From contig NC_068981.1 in assembly GCF_001194135.2 (NCBI RefSeq), positions 113,470,789 through 113,534,788 on the forward strand: DNA of 64,000 nucleotides, in the 5' to 3' direction. The DNA comes from Octopus bimaculoides. Lineage: Eukaryota. This document shows positions 1-10,335 of this stretch, in pieces. Under the pieces are notes generated by a model. The model had not been told where the DNA came from. It made no database searches and saw only the letters and a program-made list of their open reading frames with translations. Positions within the stretch are counted from its first letter, which is position 1. Every line of letters starts with the position of its first letter. The position numbers and the translations under genes are program-made.

Positions 1-604
1 TATTAAAATCCAAGGGAGAATGCAAATAGGAATAAAGGTGCACCTGGACGTATCAGTTATCGAATCAACTGACATTTTGTACAAAACATAGAGAAAGCCA
101 TCAAAGTTGAAGTCTACAATTTGGAGAGGTTATATTGTTAAGGTTGGTAAAATTTAATCTATTGCTTAGTCTGTCTTTTTCAGCACGAAGTGGTTGTCGC
201 TAAAATACAGCTTCTTTACTACTGGTGCAATCCCCTCAAATGCCGCGTTGTTGGAAGATAATAAACTAAATTATACAATTTGTGTTGATAAAGCCAATAG
301 TTCTTGTTGTTTAGTTTGTACCGACCTTCGTTGAAAAGCAAGCTGATGATATGTTCTTCCGGAGACTGAAACATGAGATGCTGTTTAACAAATTGTCTGT
401 AGTTTGTTGAATGAGATTAGACTAACTATATTACACGCAGTTAGTCTAATGTAGTAAATCTAACTGCATTAAACTAACTTTACACGAGAGACTGTAGAAA
501 CTCCTTTATCATGTATTTTTGAACGATTTTTATTTACTAGTATTACGAGTACCATTTGAGAAATTGTTCTGTATAGTTACCTCACTTTATGTGCTATAAC
601 TACA

Positions 605-900
605 CTCGGTGGCGATTACGGACTTTCATGTCAAAGCGGAAAGAATCATGATCTTTGGAAAAATACAGCTGTTGTTTCATGTTGTCTTCTGCCGTTTATT
701 TGCAGTATATTCTTCCGAGATTACCCTTGAAGCACAGGGATCTGATTCATGTAACATCAAAGTATGTTCACACACCAATGGGTCTGTGTGATATATTTCT
801 AAGAATCAGCCCTCCTCAGAGTCCTGTATGTCTTAGCTATAAGACCATCTCCTGTTTGACTCGTAACTGGAGCCTTAGACAAAGTACTATCACCTAAGTA
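605..900 (+). mobile_element. Degraded LINE RT fragment, CR1-like
   Basis: ITDFHVKAERIM...YISKNQ..SE.CM..L.DHL resembles the CR1 LTSH..K..ERI...NQHGF...C..QLL.H region; interrupted by stops. Confidence 0.35.
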
Positions 901-964
901 AGAGAGTATGTGAGAGCAGTGGTGACAAGCAGGCAACACTATACTCCTAAATTCCCAAGCTAAA

Positions 965-2745
965 TTTTCCATTTTGTAATCATAATTCAATAATGTAGTT
1001 CCCCCATTGCTGTAGTCTATTCGCTGTGTGTATTGACGTTCCTTTTTTTAGAACCGTATATTGAGAATAGTGGGCGATGATCCGTTTGAAGACAGAAACT
1101 TCTTCCATGAATAAATCTATGGAATTTTTTCACACCGAATATGATTATTCACGTTTCTTTTCAATTTGGCAGTTCCTTTCAGCTGGTAATAATGATCGTG
1201 AGGCATGTGCTATTGCCTTTTCGCTCTCATCGTCATATTTGTACAGAAGCACTGCTCCAACACCGCAATCACTCGCATCTGTAGCAAATATGATATCCAA
1301 CTTTGGATCAAAATGCGTTAACGATAAGTTCGATGTTAAAATGTTTTTTTTAATTTGTCAAATGCCTTCCGGTACTTATCAGTCCAGCACCGTTTTGCTG
1401 TTTTCTTTAACAAATCATTTAGCGGGGCCCTTATATTGTGTATATTGGGAATGTAAATTTGGTAGTAATTTACTAAACCCAAGAATGCTTGTAGCATAGT
1501 CCCATTATTCGGCATGGGTATATTTTTTATCGCAGTTTTTCTGGATGGATCCGTTTTCCGTCCGTTTTTATCCATTACCTGGCCCAAATATTTAATTTTT
1601 TTCAGAAAGAACTCGCATTTTTCTTCACTAAACTTAAAACCGTATTCTCTTATCTTTTCGAATACCCTCTTTACGTGTTCTACATGTTGTTCGTGTGATT
1701 CGCTTTTTATTAGGATATCATCTAAATAGGCGATAGCAAAATCACAGTCACCCAGTATTGTATCCAGTATTTGCTGAAATATGGAAGGAGTCACTTTTAC
1801 ACCAAAGAGAGGCCGCTTAAATTTAAATAAGCCACGGTGTATCAATGTTAATAAGTGTGAGCATTCTTTTACTTGGATTTGTAAATATACCTCCGAGAAG
1901 AATTTTGAGAAGAATTTCCCTCCATCTAATTTAGTGAACACTTCCTCAGGGTTCGGAAATAGGTAGTAATGTGAGATTAAGCAATCATTCAACCCTGTTG
2001 AAAAATCTGCACAAACTCTTAACTTATTATCTTTTTTTATGTAGACCGTAGGTGCTGCCCAATCTGAATGGTTCATCTTCTCTATTATTCCCAAGCTTTC
2101 AAGTCTCCCAAGTTCCTTATTTACCTGTTCTAGTGCCGTGAACGGTACATTCCGTTTTGGTTTAAATACAGGTGTTGCACTTTGTTTTACTACAAATTTT
2201 GCCTTCGTTTTTGTGCAGCAGCCCAGTTCATCCGAGAAAACATCTGGAAATGTTTTATTTTTCGTTTCAATCCCTCAGCTGCATTCCAACCGACTATATT
2301 CCTTTGCCGTTTTCCTTTGGTCATGAAATGCCACATTACACACAAATTCATCAACAAAATACAACCTTTTACCCGTAATACCATGTGCTACTTTTGTAGA
2401 TTTACTGAATTTTGGCTTACCATGTTATTTCATTCACAATGGTAATATCAATTCCAGTATTTAATTGTATTTTTACTTTTATATCTTTAATCTTCACATT
2501 TACAAATTTCCTCTTTGTCACATTACCATTTTCTTTCGACGACACCGTGATTTTTCTTTTTCTTTTTCTTTGTTCTAATGTTTTGTTCTTTTGGTTTTAC
2601 AGTGCGCTTTTACATGTCCAATTTTCCACAACGGAAGCATTCCGCTATCTTAAATGGGCAGTTTTTTTTTCCCAGGTGTAGACATTCACATGCAAAACAT
2701 GAATACGATTGCCTGTCATTACTCCTTATGTGTAAATGTACTATC
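965..2745 (-). mobile_element. Ty3/Gypsy LTR-retrotransposon internal remnant (gag knuckle, protease, RT, RNase H)
   Basis: CFRCGKIGHVKAHC near 2600-2640; RT ORF 1336-2094 with WAAPTV, LRVCADF and YLDD; RNase H TDASDCGVGAVL...TDHRPL at about 965-1330; frameshifted; no LTRs or integrase found. Confidence 0.92.
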
Positions 2746-3126
2746 TTTCACTTACCTAAGAAATTAAGAAACGCTGGTGAAAGAGATAAATCCTAATGAT
2801 GCAAACGAATCTATTATTATCCTCGGTCATGGCGATGAAATAAGTACCAGTAGAGGGCTGGAGTTGATGTAATCGACTAGCCCCATCCATAAAAATATCA
2901 TGTCTTGTGCCTATAGTAGAAAGGTTAATGCAGCTTCACTTCTCTTACATCATTAATTGCCCCGAGCAAAACATTTGCGTAATATTTTACAAATCATTTC
3001 TCCCTTTGAATATAGTGATTTTCGCCCAAACAAATAAAATGAATAAATAAATGCTTAAGAATAATAAATAAAATAATACTAGAAGGCCAGACAATTTAAT
3101 TACTTTTATATACCAAAACCACTTAC

Positions 3127-3227
3127 TTGGAATGCTTCTTCAATGGTGTCATCAACTTGCTGTTTAGTAAGATCTGATGTGTATGTTTTAATGTTGTATG
3201 TTAAGTTTGTATACAGCCACCTGGAAC
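3127..3227 (-). CDS. MMP: MMP coding exon 4 (start of catalytic domain)
   Basis: Polypyrimidine tract plus aag acceptor; (G)SRWLYTNLTYNIKTYTSDLTKQQVDDTIEEAFQ; gtaagt donor. Matches the MMP W..TNLTY.I..YT.DL....VD..I..AF motif. Confidence 0.96.
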
Positions 3228-3429
3228 CTTTAATAGGTAAGAAAGAAAAATGAAACAATAAATCAATAGAAAGAATTATGACTATTCTGAAATGAAGTGG
3301 CGAAAGTGCAATTTGACTGAATTGGCAGGGAAAAGGCTATAAAAAGAAGAAATTAAAAGTGCTTGTTAAGCTAGATGTAAGCAATTACAACAAAAGCAAT
3401 GTGATTGCAACAACGAGAGTAATAATGAT

Positions 3430-3640
3430 TTCTAAGGTACTTGGCTAGATACTTGGAGAAGGAGTTAGTTACTTAATCAGCCTCAGTACTGTATTGGTAC
3501 TTTATTTCATCGCCCTTGGAAAGAAGAACGGCAAATTTGACAGGGGTAGAATTCGGACTCGGAACCTAAAGTAGCGAATTAAATACGGAAAGGAATTTAT
3601 CCGACGCTCTAACGGTTATACCTACACACCACCTCACCAT
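3430..3640 (-). mobile_element. SINE copy (same family as 28195-28426); short fragment also at about 2825-2885 (+)
   Basis: Reverse-complement similarity to ...ttctgagttcaaattccgccgaggtcga...aataagtaccag. Confidence 0.65.
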
Positions 3641-4144
3641 AACGACACTAATAATTCAGTAATCATAACGAGAATACTAAAGTTAACAGGACCCTTCTGA
3701 AAAGAGAAGCCACATAAATAATATAGGTTTTTGCAGTCATTTTCGTACGTTTGTCATTCAGTTTGATAATCCGGTCATTCGAGGTCGCGAAAAAATTAGC
3801 GCCATGAAGTTAGTCATTCAGATTCGTTTTTCGATCAATCAATTTCGCACTTCGGTCAAAGAATTTAACATTTACATCATTCAAATTAAAATGCCTGTCG
3901 AGATCATTCAAATTAGTCGGGATGCGAGGAAGCGTCTTTTCGAGAATTCAAATTCGCACGTGAGCATTCGAGTTCGAAATAAGTTTATTCAATTTAGTAC
4001 TAATTTTACATGTGTGTTTTTACTCACATTCTAAGAAGAAAATGTTAACAATGACAAGTTTAAACGACATCTTTTGTCACGCAAATTTTATTATGTTGCT
4101 ATAGATCAAAGAAGAAATAAATTACATGATTCTTCTGTCCACGA

Positions 4145-4430
4145 AAGTTTTTTTCATTGCAACATTCACCCATTCTACCCATGTATCTTGGAAGGAGGAC
4201 ATCCAAGATCAGGGTAGAGGAAATCCCGCCAGATATAGATGTGACATGGGTTGCGGCGGCTGTCCTCCTTGGTAGCGAGGAGAAGGTGGCCGTTCTCCAA
4301 GCTACGGAAACGGAAGAGAGCAAGTGGAAAGGAAAAACATTGGAACTTATTATTCAGGTTGAGGCAGAATCTCTAGAAAATTTGGTGGAGATAGTGACTG
4401 TAGGAGACATAAGCTTAATGATATTACTGC
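4145..4430 (+). mobile_element. Tx1/L1-like ORF1 fragment
   Basis: GRRTSKIRVEEIPPDIDVTWVAAAVL...KWKGKTLELII is homologous to ORF1 of the 30755 element (YDVNWMAAAVI...NWKGQTLELLV). Confidence 0.75.
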
Positions 4431-5075
4431 ATGCACAAGAAGAGGCAGCTTCGGGGATCGGTATTTATGCGATTGCAGGGAAGACTGAATACATATGCTT
4501 TAATCAGAACGGCTTGATCAATTCATTGAGCGATTCAGCTCGGAAGAAAAGCCGAACGCTCCACTTATCTCGGAAATGACATCTCATCCACCGAAAAAGA
4601 TTTATCAATCCACATAGCAAAAGCATATAGTTCACTGGACAAATTAAGAATAATTTGAAAGTTTACACTACCTGACCGGATGAAAAGGGTATTCTACCGA
4701 ACTATAATAGAACCAGTTTTTCTATAGGTTCATCTGTATGGACTCCGACAAAAAAGATAGAAAGCAAGCATCATAGGACCTACATAGGTATGTTGTGCGC
4801 TGTCCTCAACGAATCATGAGAACAACATCCAACGAAGAAGGAGCTTTATGGAAACACCTCTAACTTATCACCGATTATTTGAAAGTGAAGAACAAGATAT
4901 AATGGTCACTGCTATCTAAGAAGAGACGATTTAGTGAGTGAGTCCTGAACCATGAGAATTCTCGTCAGACGACTCAAAATAACATACATTGATCGATTCA
5001 CCCATGATGTCGAGTTACAAAAGGAAGACCTTAAATTTTCATGGAAGATAGGAACGTATGAAGAGAAAGATTGGT
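4430..5075 (+). mobile_element. RTE-clade LINE 3' fragment
   Basis: KTEYICFNQNG...YLGNDISSTEKD...HPTKKELYG...TYID, typical of the RTE RT C-terminus; many stops. Confidence 0.75.
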
Positions 5076-5214
5076 TTTGTTTCGAAGAACCTGTCGAAAA
5101 ACATAGAAACAATAGACAGGTCAGCTTCGTTCATTTTTTTCTATTTCTGCTATGTGTAACTCTGATCGATATTTCTCAATTTCCTTTGTTTACAGAATAG
5201 AACTTCTGGTATTC

Positions 5215-5705
5215 ATGTTCCCTCACTAATATCACCATCCAGTTATTAGTCTTACACAGCCTTCTTCTACCTTCTTTCCTTGGCAGATGGAGGCGGTCTA
5301 AATCTACCTTTGGATGGTGCGTTTTATAAGCAAATTCCTTGAAGATCGGCTAGGTACCGGTTGATGACATTGAAACCATATTGTACAAAAGGTAGTGTTA
5401 AGGTGTTAATAGCTTCTATGCTGTTGTAAGAGTTCAATTCAGTTTTCAGGACCAGCCAATCTCCTCTTCAAGTTTTCTCCATTTGTGTGTGTTGAATAAT
5501 ATCATTCTCATTAATGCCGAGATAAATATAAGTTCACTCTGGATATAGTCATCTTATTGTTGTATCTAGGTCAAGTTAAATAGATGATATGATTTTCAGT
5601 TTTATCGTTTTAAAGGTTGCTTTTTCACATTTATCGAGACCAAAATCCATACTGATATCATTACTGAACTGCTTTACCGTTGATAAGAGTCCTTCAAATA
5701 CTTGG
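5215..5705 (-). mobile_element. R4/Dong-like LINE RT fragment
   Basis: LLSTVKQFSNDISMDFGLDKC...YIYLGI...KTELNS.N.IEAINT motif. Confidence 0.75.
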
Positions 5706-5707
5706 TT

Positions 5708-5800
<93 letters not shown>

Positions 5801-5916
5801 CTTCTTCTTCTTCTTCTTCTTCTTCTTCTTCTTCTTCTTCTTCTTCTTCTTCTTCTTCTTCTTCTTCTTCTTCTTCTTCTTCTTCTTCTTCTTCTTCTTC
5901 TTCTTCTTCTTCTTCT
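5708..5916. repeat. Compound microsatellite (GTC)n(GTT)n(CTT)n, tail of the adjacent LINE
   Basis: Seen directly. Confidence 0.98.
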
Positions 5917-6265
5917 CCTTCTTTATTGCCTTTGCACAGCTTCTAATGCTGGAGATGTACTACAGTGTTAGCTGTTCACTACCAGTGAACTAAGGTAACA
6001 CCTCTTATTTCTCGAGCACCTTCCGGAGTATTCGAGCGGTTCCAAGCAGTGCTGTTTTCTGCTAGTACTCCAGCCTTATTGCAGCCCCTATTTATTCCAC
6101 GTACTTCTCGAAATTTTTGCTCACTGTTCCCAGGGTTTCGACAATTATTGGTACTACTGCTACCTTTTTCATCGACCACAACTGCTTATCTTCCCAAGCT
6201 AACCTGTTATATCTCTCGACTTTTCTTTCTTCCTTATCGCATACCTTGTTGTCAGTTGGGCATGC
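5917..6265 (-). mobile_element. 5'-truncated R4/Dong-like LINE (RLE C-terminus plus 3' UTR)
   Basis: IACPTDNKVCDKEERKVERY...VVPIIVETLGTV...KTALLGTARILRKVLEK*. The same 3' UTR recurs at about 55175-55241 (+). Confidence 0.88.
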
Positions 6266-6323
<58 letters not shown>

Positions 6324-6824
6324 GAGTGAGAGAGCAGTGCATGCCATCAAAGTGGCACTGGGGTAAAATATACGAAGCCCAATATACCCTTCATGACTAT
6401 CTGTCTGATAAGGGTACGCCAGGCACATGCATCACAACCATATGGGCGCATCATGGTGATCTCATATCAAGATAAATAGTGCACGACCTTGCAGGTGAAC
6501 CCCAGTTACAATTTTATTCAGGTCGAGTAGCCCATTCCGCTCAAAAGGTCCCTGAATAAGGGTTGTTTAAGGATGTTGAACGAAACACCCATGTTTCCAA
6601 AGCTGAATTATCCAAACCCCAAAGAATTTATTCCTTTCAACACATGGCTATGATGCTCCTCCACTACGTCTGCTCGTCAACAGAGATGCACATATAGTCA
6701 GCCACTAAGAGACATGCTCAACTGGTTAAGGTCAAACAACTGACAAGCAAATCTGTGGTATTGAACAGAATATTTGCTGTAGCCCATCTTTTATACCAAG
6801 ACAAAGCAAAGTGTAAGATTTTAC
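6324..6824. mobile_element. About 500-bp non-coding interspersed repeat between (TAT)n tracts (6266-6323 and 6825-6891)
   Basis: No ORF; sharply bounded by TAT arrays. Resembles an abundant octopus repeat as recalled (not verified). Confidence 0.5.
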
Positions 6825-6891
<67 letters not shown>

Positions 6892-6904
6892 TTCGTGCTC
6901 TGAA

Positions 6905-7272
6905 TCGGTAGCATAAATGTGAGAGGCCTCGGGTCACCTTGAAAACAAGGTCACCTCTTAAACGACCTGAGATCTTGAGGTCTTACAATGTGGATGTAGT
7001 AGCCATTAGCGAAACTACACTCTCCGATCCGCGGGAACGTGCAGCCCTTTTCGGCGGATACGAGATTTTCTATCTCCGTGTCGGCCGGGAGCGGGTGTTG
7101 GTAGTACTGCGGTACTATTTGGGAAAGGCCTGGATTTGAAAATAAGGACAATCTCCCTGGATCCAGAGGTTAAGTTGGTGGTCCTGGATGTGGACGGTAG
7201 TGACGGTGGTGCCTTCAGACTGCTGGCAGCCTACGCCCCGACAGGAGCAAGGCAGTCGGACTATTTCAAGCG
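6905..7272 (+). mobile_element. Tx1/L1-like AP-endonuclease fragment
   Basis: CINVRGLG...DVVAISET...LDPEVKLVVLDV...FRLLAAYAP. Confidence 0.85.
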
Positions 7273-7273
7273 T

Positions 7274-7527
7274 TCTTGTGTGTCTTCAGCAGGTTGAAAA
7301 CATAAATTTGTCAATCTACAAGATGTCGAAATATCGTTCACTAGATAACAATAGCACTCTTCTTTTAATTTTGACTCTATATCTTCAGGAGGAGTTACCT
7401 CAATCCTTTCTATATTAACCAAAATGAAGTAGATTGACAAATTTATCTTTTAAACCTGTTGAAGACACACAAGATGTCGAAATATCGTTCACTAGATAAC
7501 AATGGCTCTCTTCTTTAATTTTGACTC

Positions 7528-7530
<3 letters not shown>
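7274..7530 (+). mobile_element. Short (about 151-bp unit) non-autonomous PLE/retrozyme-like element with inverted 5' piece and partial tandem
   Basis: About 7274-7318 is an inverted copy of part of the unit; 7319-7380 repeats at 7470-7530; hammerhead-like motif at 7451-7491; second family copy at 63843-64000 (-). Confidence 0.7.
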
Positions 7531-7579
<49 letters not shown>

Positions 7580-7599
7580 TTAAAAAGTATTGACGTAAC

Positions 7600-8734
7600 T
7601 CTTCACAAAGGTAAACAGTCAAGACGAAGAGCGCGATTTGATTATGATAGATATTTGATTGGTTGAACAAGATTTCAACAGTAAGTCTGTCTTCGTCAAG
7701 TTCAAAATAAAAAGTGATAAAAATTCAAAATTATTGAAATTTAAATGTAAAGTATGAACGAGAGCAATCTACGTCCACACGTTAATGGAATGACATCATC
7801 AGTTTTTAAATTTCAATTTTATAACAGGCGAAAAGAAAAAGATAGAAAAAAGAAGACAGAAAAAGAAAGAGGAAGAATAGGAAAGAAAAAAGAAAAAGAA
7901 TATTTACTCAAACAGTTTTGTATAAATTTGAGGATATTCTCCTGGCATTTTATTCATTCTACCAGGGCGTAAACATATTTCGCCTCATGCATTCTGAGAA
8001 GTGAAAGCGAAGCAGATTCAGCATATTTTCTGAGAATATGCACTTTTAAGTCTTCTTCAAAATTGCAGCCGTTTGAAACGAAACGTCCAGCAAGTTCTGT
8101 CAAACTACTATTATTGTGTCTGACGTCGAATCTGTGCCCATTAAACCTTTTGTTTAATTGTTCTGTTGTACAACTAACATAAATCAAGTTGTGTTTCGTG
8201 CACTCTGCTGCCTACACCAAATGAGAATCCCTACATATCCCACCTTCTGTATAAATCATAGTATTTCTGTTATGATTCCTGATGGAATTCACTTCACTCA
8301 TGTTGTTGCACAATGAACAGGGCTTGCCTCTCTTGCGGCTGTTTTTCAAGGTACAACGTGAAAATGTTCCAATGTTCGTTTTCTTGGAGTCAAAAATAGA
8401 GGTCAATAATTTTCTTATATTCTTATTGCGTCAAAAAGCAACAATAGGCGGCTGAGAAAATATCTGTTTGAAACGAGGATATTTTGTCGCCACATGCTGG
8501 TAACTTTCATGCAACACTTTTGAAATGCTAGCGAAATGTCGGTGCCAGTTAATCATTAAAGGAATTCTGTCAGGTATTGTATCGTGTTTGCTATAATTAT
8601 GCATGAAGGTTTGATTATTTCATTTGTTATTTCCTTTAATCGTGATTCACTGTAACCGTGTTTGACATAACGATATACAAAAACATTTGCATGTTTCCAG
8701 TAATCCCCTATGTCAGTACAAATCCGTTTTATCC
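7600..8734 (-). mobile_element. Penelope-like element 3' part (GIY-YIG endonuclease) with degenerate hammerhead at 7663-7705
   Basis: PCSLC...IYV...LNKRFNGHRFDVRH. 3' motif TTGAAC-TTGACGA-A-GACAG..CTGTT-GAAA-TC-TT-GTTCAA. Confidence 0.85.
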
Positions 8735-10335
8735 TCAAAAATCATTATTTTTGTTTCTCAGAACACTCGGTCTTGTTTGTTCTGGCAGATTCTGTGAGTG
8801 TGGACAGCAGCCTGATGTCAGAGGTCTCACAGGGTCTTTTTTCTCACATTATAAGCTTTGATACTTGGTTGTTAATTATCGGGGGAGACATTCAATATCC
8901 AAGTACCAATCTCAAAATCCTAGTTATCCCCAGCAGAGCGGTTTTTTGGGCTTGCTCTGCTCTCATGTCAATTCTGATTTCTCAGACATATTTCTCGAAC
9001 TTGGTTGTTAGTGCTCCGAGTGTCCCTACAACTACTGGAATGACAGAAACTCTCCTCATAGTCCACATTCTTGCAATTTCATCTAGTAGTCTGTATTTTT
9101 CAATTATTTTTAGTTCTTTGTCACTTATGCATGCATCCCCAGGTATTGCAATATCTATAATCTTGGTTTCCGTTTTTTTCCTTTATCTACCACAACAATG
9201 TCTGGTCTCCGAGCATCGATTAGGGAGTCACACTGGATTGTAAAATCCTACAATATCTTATATTCCTTGTTCCTTCTAGTTCATGTTCGTACCATTTCCG
9301 TGCTCCGTTTAGGCTGCACTTTTCACATAGCCACCAGTAGAACTTAGTCACGTTATCGTGCTTCCTTTTGGAGTGCTTTTGGGCCAGCTTGCTACACTCA
9401 CAATATGTGATATTGTTTCGTTTCTGCTGTCACACATCTTACAAAGGGGCAATTTGCTACTCTTATCTATTTGGAACTCGGTATAATTAGTTCTCAGAGC
9501 TTGTTCTTGGGCGTTGCATATCAATGTCTCAGTGCATGCTTTCAGATAATTTTTTCTTAGCCATCTTCAAGTGTTGATTTTGTTTTTTTCTTCGATTTCT
9601 CTGAGGTATTGCCCATGCAGTAATTTCATTTTCCAATTGTTTAATCTTTCTTCTTCATCTTGTTTCTTAAATGTTTGTCAGTGCATCACATTTTCGTTAG
9701 GTATTGTATTGTTAATTCTAACTGCGGCAAGCAAGGATTTGCTCTGCTGTTTAATGTACCATCCCAAACTTTTCTCGTTGACAACACAGATCTTATGAGG
9801 CCTCTTCCTCCCTTGTTCCTAGGTAATACAATCTGTCAGTATCGCTTTTGTTAATTGTCCTTGTTAATTGTCATAACTTTTCTGATTTTCCTGTCCATTT
9901 CCTCAAGCTCGTTCTTTGTCCAGTGCCATATCGCATTAAAGAAACAGCCCATGTGTTCATCGTCCTGATTTTGATTTTTCCATTGAGCCTACTTCCCACA
10001 ATTAATTTTGTTCTTCTGAGATATTCACACCTAAAGCTTTCCTTCATTTCACTTTCTTTGATTTTATCGTATTCCAAAATCCCCAGATATTTATATTCAT
10101 TAGTCTCAATATCCTTAATTTTCCCGCCACTGGGTAGCTCTACACCATCAGACGACACTACTTTGCCTCTTTGTATTAAAAGCATACAACACTTTTTAAT
10201 CTCAAATTCCTTTCCGATATCCTTACTGCATATCTGCACTGTTGAAACTAGGCCATTTATTTCAAGTTCGGTCTTCCCAAAGATCTTTAAGTCATCCTTA
10301 TATAACTGATGGTTTAATTTTCCTTCACTTTTCAA
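8735..10335 (-). mobile_element. R4/Dong-like RLE LINE, 3' half
   Basis: YKDDLKIFGK...FEIKKC...YKYLGI; zinc-knuckle and RRPDIVVVDK RLE region; ends TALLGITRILRLVLGY* plus 3' UTR. Confidence 0.9.

Noticed and set aside
335-390. CTGATGA...GAAAC motif
   Set aside because: No GUH triplet, stem II is not closed and stem I is out of register.
416-450. Perfect 12-bp hairpin ATTAGACTAACT/AGTTAGTCTAAT
   Set aside because: Isolated, with no element or function assignable.
5589-6366. Poly-Ser/Leu/Phe/Val/Ile ORFs and similar (TA/CA/N-run) ORFs elsewhere
   Set aside because: Translations of microsatellites or gaps, not genes.
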